Shown in pieces: positions 12,586-25,700 of a stretch of DNA of 64,000 nt (the stretch's first letter is position 1; every line of letters begins with the position of its first letter). The stretch is from Paramoeba atlantica (lineage: Eukaryota; Protista; Discosea), in NCBI GenBank assembly GCA_977017575.1, contig CDRNVI010000196.1, positions 1-64,000 of the forward strand, in the 5' to 3' direction. The position numbers were made by a program, and so were the translations under genes. The notes under the pieces are model-generated. The model was not told the DNA's origin. It was given only the letters and a program-made list of their open reading frames with translations, and did no database searches.

Positions 12586-13685
12586 TTTGTTAACAATTTT
12601 ATTTACTAGAAATACCACTGGGATGTCCACCACCAAATTATCAAACATCATATTTATGTGGACATGGGGCTCCCTGTGTTCAACCTCCTGATGAACCAAC
12701 TTTCTTGCAAGCCAAACGCCATTTACGTTCATTCTTTTTTCTCTTTCTTTCTTTCTTTTTTTTTCTTTCTTTCTTTTTCTTTCTTTTTTCTCTTTCTTTT
12801 CTTTTCCTCCTTTTCTTTCTTTTTCTCTTCTGAAAAAGACTCAGTTTTTCAAAAAAAGGATCATTAGATGTTGTAGGAGTTGTTGAGAAATTTCTTGGAA
12901 TGCAATCTCTTCTGATATCTCGTTATCCATCTTATTTTCAGTTCTTTTTTTCTTTTCCTTTCTTTACTCCTTTTTCTTTGAATCAATTTTTGATTTATTT
13001 TTAGATCGATCTTGAAAGCAGTTTTCGCAAACAAAACAAAGAAAAAGGTCTTTTTTTTTTGATTTTTTTCAAGATAATTTAAATCAATTTATGATTTCAA
13101 AATAATCAAAAAATTTCTTGTCTTTTGATATCAAAAAATAATATCTTTTGATATCAAATAAAATTTATCAAATAAATTTAAAAATGAACTCTTTCAAAAT
13201 AGGGACTTCGTGAGCTGTTGAATGAGACAATTTGGGAGCAAATTAACAACAATCATTATTATGACAATGTTCTTTATCAAATGGCAATCGAAAAAATGAA
13301 TTCTTTGGCAGGTTTTTTTTTCTTTTTATTTTTTGAGGAAAATATTATTTAAAGAGAAGAAGAAAAGAGAAAAAGTAAAAATGAAAAAAGAATAAAATTA
13401 TTAGTAATTTAGAAAAATTAATTTTGTTCTTTTTCAGAAAAATGTAATTTGAATTTTGAGCAAATAGAGAAAGACAATGCAGAAAAAAAGAAACCATCTA
13501 TCCAATTTTATAAAAATAGTGGTCAAAAAGAAAGAATCAGAATGAGAGATGAACGTCGAAAACAGTTTCGGGAAAGAAAAGAAAGGAGAGAAAGAAAGGG
13601 AGAAAAGAGAGATGTGGAGAATGAATTTTCTCGAAATTTGAGGAGGAGAATAGAGAGTCATTATTCTCGAGAGAGGAAAAAATGA
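10516..13685 (+). CDS. Golgi-type carbohydrate sulfotransferase, heparan sulfate 2-O/uronyl 2-O-sulfotransferase-like (Sulfotransfer_2)
   Basis: N-terminal signal/anchor MMSLFLWNFLLLCL. 5'-PAPS loop YIRIGKAGSSAL (HS2ST YNRVPKTAST). YGGVHSFYLNF, 3'-PB motif PSMFTMMRKPDIRYVSQYEFWR (HS2ST [22 protein letters not shown]), YQTSYLCGH...LQAKRHL, VVGVVEKF and YDNVLYQMA all line up with HS2ST blocks. Confidence 0.8.
11335..11460. repeat. Intronic AT-rich minisatellite (aataattattttgattt)n
   Basis: Repeated 17-bp unit, recurring at ~11640-11700 as part of the duplicated acceptor block. Confidence 0.7.
11490..12690. repeat. Tandem acceptor-plus-exon-start duplications inside the sulfotransferase gene
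   Basis: ccgagtatgtttacaatgatgagaaaaccag... occurs at 11490 (truncated) and 11734 (true exon). tag|aaataccactgggatgtcc...ccctgtgttcaac occurs at 12209, 12382 (both truncated, stops follow) and 12610 (true exon), with a partial copy at ~12037-12097. Confidence 0.9.
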
Positions 13686-13989
13686 GATGAAAAGAGAGGA
13701 GAGGAATGAAGAAAGAGAGAGAGAAAGTTTTAAAAATATTTGTTTAATTTATTTAATTTTTAAAAAACAAGAATAAAATGTTATCACAAAAAAAAATCTC
13801 TCCTTTTTTAATTATTATTTTCTTATTATTTCTTTATTATTTTTAGATAGGAGGGGAAATCCCCAATTCATGCATTAATTTCAAGGTTTTTACACAAGAA
13901 AAAATGTTTTCAGGAGAATGAACGAGTGATAAAAGAACAAGACAGAGAGAAAGAGAAAAAGAAAGAGAGAGAAAAAGAGAAAGAATATA

Positions 13990-16618
13990 TCAAGAATAAA
14001 GAAAACTATTACACATAGAATAACAAACAGCCATAAAAAAGAAAGTTTGCCCCAAAAAAAGAGAGACCATGACCCGTGGCGATTTTTCCATCATTTGAGA
14101 GAAAAGATTTTGAAATGCTTCAAATTCTCCTTCTTCTTCTTCTTCTTCTTCTTCTTCATCATCTTCTGATATTTCTTCTGTGTATTCTTCTTCTGTGTAT
14201 TCTTCTTCTGTGTATTCTTCTTCTGTGTACTCTTCTTCTGTATATTCGTCTTCTTCTTCTTCTTCTGTGTACTCTTCTTCCTCTGTGATTTCTTCTATGA
14301 TTTCTTCTGAGAATTCTTCTTCTTCTCCTTTTTCTTCTTTCATTTGCGATGTTTCCTCCCCTTTCAATTCCTCTTTGTCTCTCTCCTCTTCCCCTTTCTC
14401 TTCTCTTTTCAATTCCCCTTTTTCTTTCTCCTCTTCTCCTTTTTCTCTTTCTTCTTTCTTTTCTTCCAGTTTCCCTATTCTTTCATTTTCTGGTCCAACT
14501 TTTCCAGAGATGAATTTCTCTTTCCCTTTCATCTTACTTACAACAACACCTTCTTCATCATCATCATCTTCTTCTTCTGATTCTTCTTCAATAACTTCAA
14601 ATTTTTCTTCTTTTCCCAATCTTAATGTCAATCCATATTTGATCACTAAAAATTTTGTGAGAAGAGAAAAGAAGAGAAAGAAAAAAGGGAAAGAGGAGAA
14701 AGGAGAGAAGAAAAAATCGAACCATAGTACCAAATAGTGATTTGCGCAAATATTATCATCATAGCAAAAGTAACTAAAACCAAAAAAAAAATCAACCAAA
14801 AAGAAAAAAGAGAGAAAGAGAAAGAGAAAGAGAAAGAGAAAGAAAAAAGAGAAAGAAAAAAGAAAAAAAGAAAACAAACCAACAAAACCATTCAATTTTT
14901 TGTCTTTAACAGGACACCTCTCTTTTATACAACCCATACACTAAAAATAAAACATTTTGTTAGCTTTTTTTAAAACCTTTTTTTTTTGTTTATTTCTTAC
15001 AATTTGAAGAAATGGAAAATAAAAAATTGGATTGGGAAAAAGAGAGAAATGAAAAAACAAAACTTGATCGAATGGAATATTAAAGCAACACTGTCAAAAG
15101 AACGATCAAATGAGAATTGAACAATCAAAAGAAAATTAAATTAGAAAAAATATTAAAAAATAATTAAAAAATAGTAATAAAATAAATAATAAAATTGAAC
15201 ATGTTCACAAGTTTGACAAGTTTCCCCGACTTGGCAAGGACCATCATAAAGAATGGGAGTAGGAGAAGGAGAAGGAGAAGAGAGAGGAGAGGGAGAAGGG
15301 GAAGAGAGAAAGAGAGGAGAGGGAGAAGGGGAAGAGAGAGGAGAGGGAGAGGGGGAAGGGAGAGGAGAGGGGGAAAGAGAGGGGAAGGGAGAGGGAGAGA
15401 GAGAGGGGAGAGGAGAGGGGGAGTGAGAGGGAGAGGGGAGAGGAGAGGGAGAGGGGAAAGGAGAGGGAGAGGGGAGGGGGGAAGGAGAGGGGGAAGAGAG
15501 AGGAGAGGGGGATGGAATTGGAGAGGGGAATGGGGAAGGGGCTCCCCATGTTGGAGTTGGGGTTGGAAGAGGAAAGGGAGAGGGAGAAGAAGAAGGAAAG
15601 GGGAATGGAGAGGGGATTGGAGAGGGGAGAGAGGGGAGAGAGGGAGAGGGGAAGGGGGATGGAGATGGAAAGGGTGAGGGATGGGGGGAGGGGGAGGGGG
15701 AAGGAGAAGGTTCTGTTTTTAGTTTTGCTCCTAGGAATAGTTTGAGTTCTATTCGGGTTACTTGTCCCTGTTTTGTTTGGTTTTTTTTTTTAGAAGGAGA
15801 GAGGGAGAAGAGAGAGGGGAGAAAGAGAGAGGGGAAAAGAGAAAAAGGAAGGAAAGAAACATACCGAATCTTGACACAAAGTATCAGTGACTGTGACAAC
15901 CCAATTTCCCTAAAAAAGAAAAAGGAACTTAACAAAAGAAGAGAGAAGAGAGAGGGAGGAGAAAGAAAAGAGAAAGAATTACCACAAAACGTTCACCCCA
16001 AAAGAATGGGGTTGTGAATTTTGGTTTCCACTAAAAGAAAAAAAAATATTATTCTTTTATTCTTAATAATTTTTGAATCATAAAAAATATCAATTATTCT
16101 TAAATAAATTCTTTTTTTTTGTGTGTGTTTCAAAAAGAAAAGAAATCATAAATTATGATTCCAAAAAATAATAAAAAAATGGCATACTGAATTGGAGTCT
16201 AGTTTATGTTTGAGTGGAAATTTTCCTTCTGGTGTTAATTTCACATCTGTTCCAATAATTAAATAATAATTAAATGAAAATCAAAGATAAATTTTGAAGA
16301 AAAATAAAAGCCTAAAAAGAATAAAAGAATAAAAACAAAACAAAATAATAAAATAAAAAATTAAAAATTTAAAAAAACCATGTGTCTGAACATCACCAAC
16401 CAAATTCCTCAAAATAATTCGAAAAATCTCAGAATTAATCCCCAAAATAGGAAAAGAATAGAGCTCTAAATCCTTAAATTTTGGATGACTTTTAAAAGAT
16501 GGAAAAATTATCATTTTGAGATCATTTTCTCTTTTTGTATTGGTGAAAGATTTTGTGACTGTTGTGATCTGTGAAAGAAAAGAAAGAAAAATTAAAATTG
16601 CACTCAATAAAAATAAAT

Positions 16619-16680
<62 letters not shown>

Positions 16681-17077
16681 TAAAAATAAAAATAAACTTG
16701 TTCATCAAGATCACAATCCTCAGTGGGATTTATGACAACAGCAACAGCCCCTTCTATCATTGTCAAACATCTACAAAAAAAAAATGAGAAAGAAAAAGAG
16801 AAGAAAAAGAAAAAAACTAAAGAAAAATGAAAAAAAAACAAAACAAATAAAGAAGAAAAAAAGAAATAATAATAAGAAAAAAAAAAAATCAAAACTCTCC
16901 ATCTCTTTTCTCTCTCTCTCTTCTCTCTTTCCTATCTTCAGAAGGTGGTTCTTCATTCACATTTTCAACCATTTCTGGTTCTGGTTCAAGTTCTGATTCT
17001 GATTCTGGTTCTGGTTCTGATCCAGAACAACAAGGAGAAGAGATAAAGACAAATCGAACTCCATTAAAATCAACCTT

Positions 17078-17108
<31 letters not shown>

Positions 17109-19504
17109 GGAAGAGAAAAAAGAGTGAATCAAAAAAATTAAAGAATAAACATTTCAAAAAAACAATTTAATAAATAAATAAATAAAAAAAAAAATATCAG
17201 GAAACTGTTTGTTGTGGAAGACGAGAATATTGTGTATCCAATACCAATGATTCATCAACCTAATAAATAATTCAATAAAAAATAAAATAAATAATTCATT
17301 AAAAAATAAAATAAATAATTCATTAAAAAAATAAAATAACTAATTCATTAAAAAAATAAAATAAACTATTCATAAAAAATAAAATAAATCCATTAAAATA
17401 AAATAAATAATTCATTCATAATAATTAATTGATAAGAAAAGAGAAAGCAAAACCGTAATTCTGGTAGTTTGAGAAAATTGTTCTCCTCTTGGCTATTCTT
17501 TCCCATTAAAAAAGACAAAGAAAAAAGAGAAAAGAAGAAAAGAGAAAGAAAAGAGAAAGAGAAAAGAAACTGTCATCAAAACGACTTTTGTTCCAGAAGG
17601 AGATGTCAAAGAAATTTCCAATTCATCTTTATGAGGAAAAAATAAAATAATAAAAAAATTAAATTTATTATTTTTAATGACTCAAATATTTTTTTGAAAT
17701 ATTGAAAATGTTTTAAATTTTTTAAAGTTGATTTTTTTTCAAAAGGAAAGAGAAAGAGAAAGAGACCAGGAGCAGAATGGCGAATGTCAAATGACACCTA
17801 ATAATCAAATAATCTTAGAAAATAATAATACAACTTATTTTATTCAACAACATGAAAAACAAGAAGAAAAGAACAAAAATAAGAATAAAAAAATAGGTTT
17901 CAAAATAAAAAAAAAAATAATTTCATTGAAAAATTAAATCATTAAATAAAACAAAAAAAAGAACAAAATTTGAACAAAAAAAATTAAATTAAAAAAACCT
18001 CAATTTGCTGAAGTTCTAAAGCTTGGTGCTGATTTTGATTGATTTTCAGTGTAGACTCCATTTTTCCTGTACAATCTGGAATATTTCTACAAAAACAAAT
18101 GAATAAAATTCTGAACATTGACTTAGATTATTCTTCAGAAAAAGGAAGAGAGAGAGAGAGAGAAGAGAAATGAAAAAAGAAAAAAGAAAAAAGAAAAAAA
18201 GAAAAGAAAAAGAAAAAAGAAAAGAAAACTTTCTTGAAGAAGAACGAACAACTTGACTTGCAGGAGCATGAGAAATCGGAGAATGATATTTTATTAAATG
18301 GATCGCTTTTGTTGGATTGACTAATCCATATCTATTTTTTTTTATTATTTATTTTTTTTTATTTATTTTATCATTTTTAATATTATTGATGACCTTATTT
18401 TTTTTCTTTGTTATGATTTTTTATTAGATTGAATTTTATTTTTATTATTCTTATTATTTATTATGAAATATTTAAGATGATAAAAAAAGAAAAAGAGAAA
18501 ATAAAAAAAATAACCCAAAATCGTGACTGAACATCCGACCAACACCATTTTGTTGCCAGCCACCTCCTCCAGGTTGTTCAATTACTATTCAATTATATTA
18601 TTATTTCTTTTTATTTTATTTATTGCTTCATTTTTTCCATATTTTTATTTCATTTTCTTATTTTTAGTAATTTAGATAAAAATAACCTTCCGCAGTAGAC
18701 AAGAGAGCGAAAAAAACATCAGCTGCCTTCAAATCCCCGTTTTGCTTCAAAATCAAAATCAAAATCAATTCATTTTAGATAATTTTTCTTTTTTTTCATT
18801 TAAAAAATAATTGTGCAACACACAAAATTAAAAATCAAATTAAAAATAAAAATAAATAAATGAATTTAAAACCTCAAGGAGAAGCGCAGAAACCCCAGCA
18901 ACAACGGCAGCACTTGCCTAAAAAAAAAATGAATAATGAATAATTATGAATGATTTGTTCTCTTTTTCAAAAAATAAATATTGAAAAATAAAAAGAGATT
19001 TCTTTTTTGGAATTGTTTTTTAACAATTCAAAATAAAATAAAACCTGAGAGCCATCCAAACTTAAATCAGAGCACATTCGATCAAATGTTGTTTTCAGCT
19101 TTCAAAAAACAAATTTCAGAAAGAGAAAAGAGAGGTAATTAAGTAAGAAAAAAGAAAAAGAAATAGAAAAAAAGAGAAGGGAGAGAAGAAGAAGAAAAAC
19201 CTGAGTTGGTGCAGAAACGAGATAGCTTGCACAAAAAGGAGAAGAACCAACTTTTCCGTCTCTTGTTACTTGACTGATACTCATTATCTATTTTTTGGAA
19301 GAAGAGAAAAAGAAATAAATCATTTTGAAAAAATATAAAAATAATAATAAATATCGAGCTATTTTGAATCATAATAACAACAACAATAATAATACAATCT
19401 AAAAAATAAGAAAGAAAACAAAATAAGAACATCACGCTGAGCATTCAACGTCTGAGTCTAACAATTGCCCATCATCTCTCTATCATCATTAACAGAACAA
19501 CAAC

Positions 19505-19549
<45 letters not shown>

Positions 19550-19658
19550 CTAATCTAAAAAAAAAAGAAAAAGAATAATACATCACGCTGAGCATTCAAA
19601 GTCTGAGTCTAACAATTGCCCATCATCTCTCTATCATCATTAACAGAACAACAACAAC

Positions 19659-19700
<42 letters not shown>

Positions 19701-22700
19701 CTAATCTAAAAAAAAAAGAAAAAGAATAATACATCACGCTGAGCATTCAACGTCTGAGTCTGACAATTGCCCATGATATCTCTATCATCATTAACAGAAG
19801 AAATAGCGACAATTCCTTTTCGATGTCTTCCATCTTTCATATGATGGTCGTATGAATTTTCGGTTAGTGGTGATACTGCTCCGAATGTATATAAATGGAT
19901 GTCAATTTGCTGGGAGTTTGGGGGAGAGAGAGGAGAGAGAAGAGAGAGAGAGGAGAGAGGAGAGAGAGAAGGAGAGAGAGGCCGAGGAGAGAGGATGAGA
20001 AAGAAAATATTTTTTTTTGATTTTTTTGAGAGAAAAAGAAAAGAGAAGAGAAAAAGAAAAGAAAAGAAAGAAAACAGATGTTTGGGCAAAGAGGAGAGAA
20101 TCCGTCTTCTCAGGGCGATCCAGACTCTCAGCTTCCAATATCAGTAACCTTGCTGAAAAGAGAGAAAGAAAAGAGAGGAGAAAAAAATGTGAATCAAGAA
20201 GAGAAAGAGAGAGAGAGAGAGAGAGAACCTTCATTTGCAACCCCAACAGAACAAAAATTATTATTTCCAGTCCCAACAACCAAAGACGCCACTATTTTTC
20301 ATAAAAAGAGAGAAGAGAAAAGAAAAGAAAGAGAGAAAAAGATAAGAATTTCCTTCTCCTTTTCTCATTTCCCCTTCTCTTTTCTCTTTCTGTATTTTTT
20401 CCTTCTTTTCTTTTCTCTCTCTCTTTCTTCTTCTCTCTCTTACCTGCGGTTCCAAAGGGACGAGAAGAATCAAATTCTGAATTTTGTCCAAGATGAGAAT
20501 TCGTCTTATCCAAACGGCCAGTCAAGTCTTCGGAAAGAGAAAGAAAGTGAATAAAAAGAGAAGAAAAGAGAGAAGAGAGAAGAAAAGAGAGAAAAGAGAG
20601 AAGAGAAAACCTCGATTGCCTTCGTCTGCTGCAAGAACATTAACTGCAATTCGAACACCTATTTTGAAAAGAGAAGAAGAAGAAGAGAAGAGAAAAAGAG
20701 TTTAGAGTTTTGATATTTTTCTTTCATATTAAGCAATTAAAATACCATTGCCACTCAATCCTTCTTCATATTTCCCCTTTTAAAAGAAAGAGTTAATTGC
20801 AAAGAAAAATAATAAACAAAAGATTCAACAATTAAAAGAAAAGAAAAGAGATCTTGATATTATTTGATGAAAAAAATTCTTTTCTATTCAAAAAACAATA
20901 AAAAAAAATAACAACAATAAAAAAACAAACAATTTTTTCAACATACAAAAAAACCAACCTTCAAGTCAAGACCAAACTTTTCACCACTGTGCAAATGCCA
21001 CTGTTCAGAATAACGAGGATCATAATAATTAAAGTATGCCAAAGAACCGCTTGGTTTATCGGATGGTTTCATAAAAGAACCTAGAGAAAATCTTATTTCT
21101 GCTGATTTTAAAATTCCCTGTTTTTTTTGTTTTAGAGGAGAGAGAGAGAAGAAAGGGATTTGAGAGGAAAGAGAGGGATTTTTTTTTGAGATTCAATTGT
21201 GTGAAAGTGGTAAAAGAAACGGAAGAGAAAGAAAGAGAAGGAGAAAGAGAGAACTCCATCTCCGCATAATGTATCACGAATGGATAATTTCCAAATTCCC
21301 TATTCAAAAAAAAAATTAAAAATCAAGAGAAAGAGAGAAAGAGAGAAAAGAAGAAGAAAAAAAGAAACAAAGAAGAAAATAACCTTTCTGGCTTCTCCCA
21401 AAAAGAAGTGACTCCCCATGACCCAATTTGTCATCTTTTGAAGAAATAAATTCAAAAATTAATTCCAAAAAAATTCGAATATCAATTTAATGAAATATTC
21501 CAAAAAAAAATCAAATCGAAATACAAAAAATATTTCAATTTTTTAACAAAAAAAAAACAGAGAATGATTCCAAAAAAAAAAGATAATTATTCTAAAAAAC
21601 AAAAAGAAAAAACAATACAGGAGGAAAAGAAGATTTGATAGGTCGAGTACCATCAGAAACCACTTTCACATCTATTAATATTAAAAAAATAAATAATAAT
21701 AATTATTATTCTCTTTTCTTTTCTCTTCTCTTCTTTTCTTTATTTTAAAAACCTTCTCAAATTTCCTGGAAAACAAATCAACCAATTTTTTTAAAAGAAA
21801 TTTATAAATTAAAATCAAAAAAAAAAAAAGAAAAAAAACCAAAAATCCGAGAACGAAACTGACTCAAAACCAATTCCGGAAAAAAAGAACAAGAACCAAA
21901 AACAGGAATTTCAAGAGAAAGAGAAGAGATCTCATCTTCTCTTTTGTTATCTGGTAAAAGAAATATGAAAAATAAGAGAGAGGAATTTGGGTCTGCTTTT
22001 TTCTTTTCAATGATGATGTTGACCTATGAGGAAAAGAGAGAGAGAGAGAGGAGAAAAGAGAAAGAAGAGAAATGGAGTGAAGAATGAGAAAGAGAAAAAG
22101 TTACTTTGCCAAAAAAATGAAAATGAAAAAATTCAAAAAAAAATAAATTCCTTCTGAAATAAATCAAAAGAAAAAAAGAAAAAAAAAGAAAAAAAAGAAA
22201 AAAAAATAAATTTGTAACTTGAGTCCCAAGAGAACAATATGAAGGTCTCAAAAGAACTCCTGTTTTTTCACGAAATTTTATTTTACAACTAAAAAAAAAG
22301 GATTCTTAGAAAAAAGAAGAGAGAGAGAGAGAGAAAGAAAGAAAGAAAGAAAAAAGACAAAACTCTCTCATTCGACAACAAGATAACTGAGCTTCAGAAA
22401 AATAAACACCCTTCCAATTTTGCTAAAAATAAGAATAAAAAAACAAATTAATATTAATATTTTAAAAATATTAATATATCAATAATTTAATAAGAAATAA
22501 TTATTATTCAAGATTAAGAAATCTATAAAAATAATAAAATTTGTGAAGTGAAAATTTCTTTTTAAAAGTTCATTTTTAAAATATTTTCAAGAAAAAAATA
22601 AAATAATTTTTGAAAAAGAAAGAAAAATACAGCTTTTTCTCGCATTTTCCAATTAATAAACCAGAAATTTAATATTGTTTTCTCCCCAATCTGTCATCAG

Positions 22701-25700
22701 AAAAGAGTTTAAAAAGAGTTTAAAAAAAGAAAAGAGGGAAAAAAAGAGAAATAAAAACAATTAAACGAGGTGAGTCTGAAGGGAGAGCTCCTCTTTGCTA
22801 TTTGAAGAATTGAGAAAAAGAGACAAGAGAAAGAGACAAAAAAGAGAGAAAGAAAAGAAAGAAAGAGAGAGAAAATACGGTCATTAAAATAGATTCAGTC
22901 CCAGAAGGAGAAGTTAACTTCACTTCCAAGTCACCTTGAAAGAAAAAGAAGAGAAAACTTTCGAGTTATTATCTTTCTATTTTCTCTCTCTCTCTTTTGT
23001 GCTTCTTTTTTCTTTCTTTTCTCTCTTATCAATGAAAATACCTGGTGACGGATGCTCAATATCTACACTCACCTAAAGTGAAAAATGAATTCATCAAAAG
23101 AAATAAATGGGAGAGAGAGAGAGAAGAGGGGGGAGAGAGAGGAGAGGAGAGAGAGAAGAACCTCAACATATTGAATAGGGTCAGGACTCGAGGTTCTCAT
23201 CTCAACAGTTGACAATGCGGTTTTTCCCACACAATCTAATATTTCGCTATTTTTGATTTTGTTATTATTATGTTATTATTATTATTGAAAAAGAAACTCA
23301 AATATCCTTTTCTCTTTTCATTTTTTCATTTTTTTTTCAACCAAAAAGTAATTTTTCCTTTTTTTAGATCTCAAATAACAAAAAAAAAAAAAGCTCTTCA
23401 AACCAAGATGGAAAAAATGCCTTGACATGTTTGACACTCCCAGAAATAGTCTCAGTATTTTCATCAACAAATTCTAGCGCTTTAGTCACGTTTACTGCCC
23501 CAAAACTAGATTTGATTTTTAAAAAATGATTTTGTTAATGAAAGAATTATCAGAAAAACTGAAACAATTTATCAAAAATCAGAAAAGAGAAAGAAAAGGA
23601 AAGAAAAAGAAAAGAAAAAGAAACCCAAAAAGATGGCTAATAGAAAAACCAGCTGCATTTCGTTGCCAATCTCCTTCTTTTATCTTTGTTGCGGTTGATG
23701 CAAATATATATTGTATGTCAAACCATGCTAATGCTGGTTTTTTCTGTTTGGTTGAAGAAAGAGAGAGAGAGAAAAGAGAGAAGGAGAAGGGAAAAGGGAA
23801 AGGGAAAGAGAAAGAGAAAAGAAGAAAAAAAACAAATTATGAGAAAATGAGCAAGAGAAGAGAGAAAAGAAAGAGAGAAACTTCAAGAAGAAGAGCAGTA
23901 GCCCCTGAAACAAGAGCAGAAGCAGCCTTTTTAAAAAAAAGAATAAGAAAAATATACTTTGTTCTCTTTTCTCTTTTCCTTTTCCCCTCTTTGAATCTCT
24001 CTTCTTCTTCTCTCTCCTTTTCTCTCTCCTCCATTCTCCTCTCTCTCTCTCTTCTCTCTTTCTTCTTCTCTCCAAAACCTGATTTCCTGGGAAATCCATC
24101 CGAGCACACTCAGCATTAAAAGTTGTTTTAACATTTGTTGGAGCAGAAACAAGATATTTTGAACAAATTGAACTTGGGACGCCTTGCTCTGTTATGTGAC
24201 TCACAAGTATCACCTTTAGAGAGAGAAAAGAGAAAGAGAGAAGAGAGAGAAGAGAGAGAAGAAGAGAAGGGGGAGAGAGAAGCAAGAGAAATTGATTTCA
24301 AATGAATCAATCAATTGAATCAGAAGAATACAAGAATAAAAAATAAAGAATAAATAAGAATCAAATTAACCTCTGGAAGAACATTAAAAGCATCTTGGTT
24401 ACAATTTGGAGAGGCATAAATATCATCAGAAATTGATCCAAAAACCACAATTCCTTTTCCCTATTTTATTTATTTTTATTTGGTGAATATTTTATTAATT
24501 ATTTTTAGTCTTGAATTTCATAAAAGATTTTTTTTCTTTTTCTTTTATTTACTTCAAATTAAATAATTTTTAAATCAAAAATAGGTTTGATGAATCAAAA
24601 GAAAAAGTGAAAGTGAAAAAGAAAGAAAGAAAACATCTCTTCCAGAGTGTAGATCATGCTCCAACTTTCTCTTCACATCACTCTAAAAAAAGGAAACAAA
24701 AAACAAAGAATGAGAAAAACAAATCAAAAAGAGAGAAAAAGAGAAAAGAGATAACTGAAAGAAGAAATCCATCATGAGAAAGCCCATGAGAAAACCAATA
24801 AATATCAACAACCTAGTCCAAAAGAAAAGAAAAAAGATGATTTTTAGGAGTGAAAAGAGAGAAGAGAAAGAGAAAGAAAATTTCGCCAATCTCCAAAAAA
24901 AAAAAATAATAAAAATAATAAATAATAAAAAAATTACATTATTAGCCACTTCAAACAAAAGAAAATCTTCATGAGGAGATTGTTCCCAACCAGTTATTAA
25001 CACTAAATTTGCTGTTACTTGTTAATCAGCTTCATTTTTTTGAAAGAGAGAAAGAGAGAGAGAAGAGAGAAAGAAAAGAGAGAGAGAGAAGAGAGAGAAG
25101 AGAAGAGAGAGAAAGAGAAAGAGAAAGAGAGAGACCTTGTGGCGCAACACCCAAAGAACAAAAATGGTTATTACTTGCAAGAATCAAAGATGCAGCTATC
25201 AAAAAAGAAAAGAGAAGAAGAAAAGAGATGAAAAAGAGAAGAGAAGTGAGTTTTTTTCTTGCAAATCTTCTTCTCAAGAATTTTCTCTGTATTTTCTCAA
25301 AAAACTTTCGAGAAAGAGAGAAAGGAGAAAGAGAAAGAGAAAAACAAACCAGCAGTTCCTCTTTCCAAGGCAAAAATATTATCAGAAACTGCATCAAGTG
25401 AAGAATGTTCTTTATCTAATCTCCCCACAAGATCTAAGAGAATAATAAATGAAAGAAAGAAAGGAAAGGAGGAAAAGAGAAATCTCTCTCTTTGCTCTCT
25501 CTCTCTTTCCCTTTTTAAATTCAACTCAAGCTCAAGAAATTAAAAGAAATGAAAGTTTTAAAATTGAATGAATAAAGAATCAAAAAATCAACCATGATAA
25601 AATTCAATTCATTCTCGAAAAAAGAAAAAGAAAAAGAAAGAAAAAAAACCAGGATTTGTGACATTTGCAATGGGAACAGAAACACCAACTGAAACACCTC

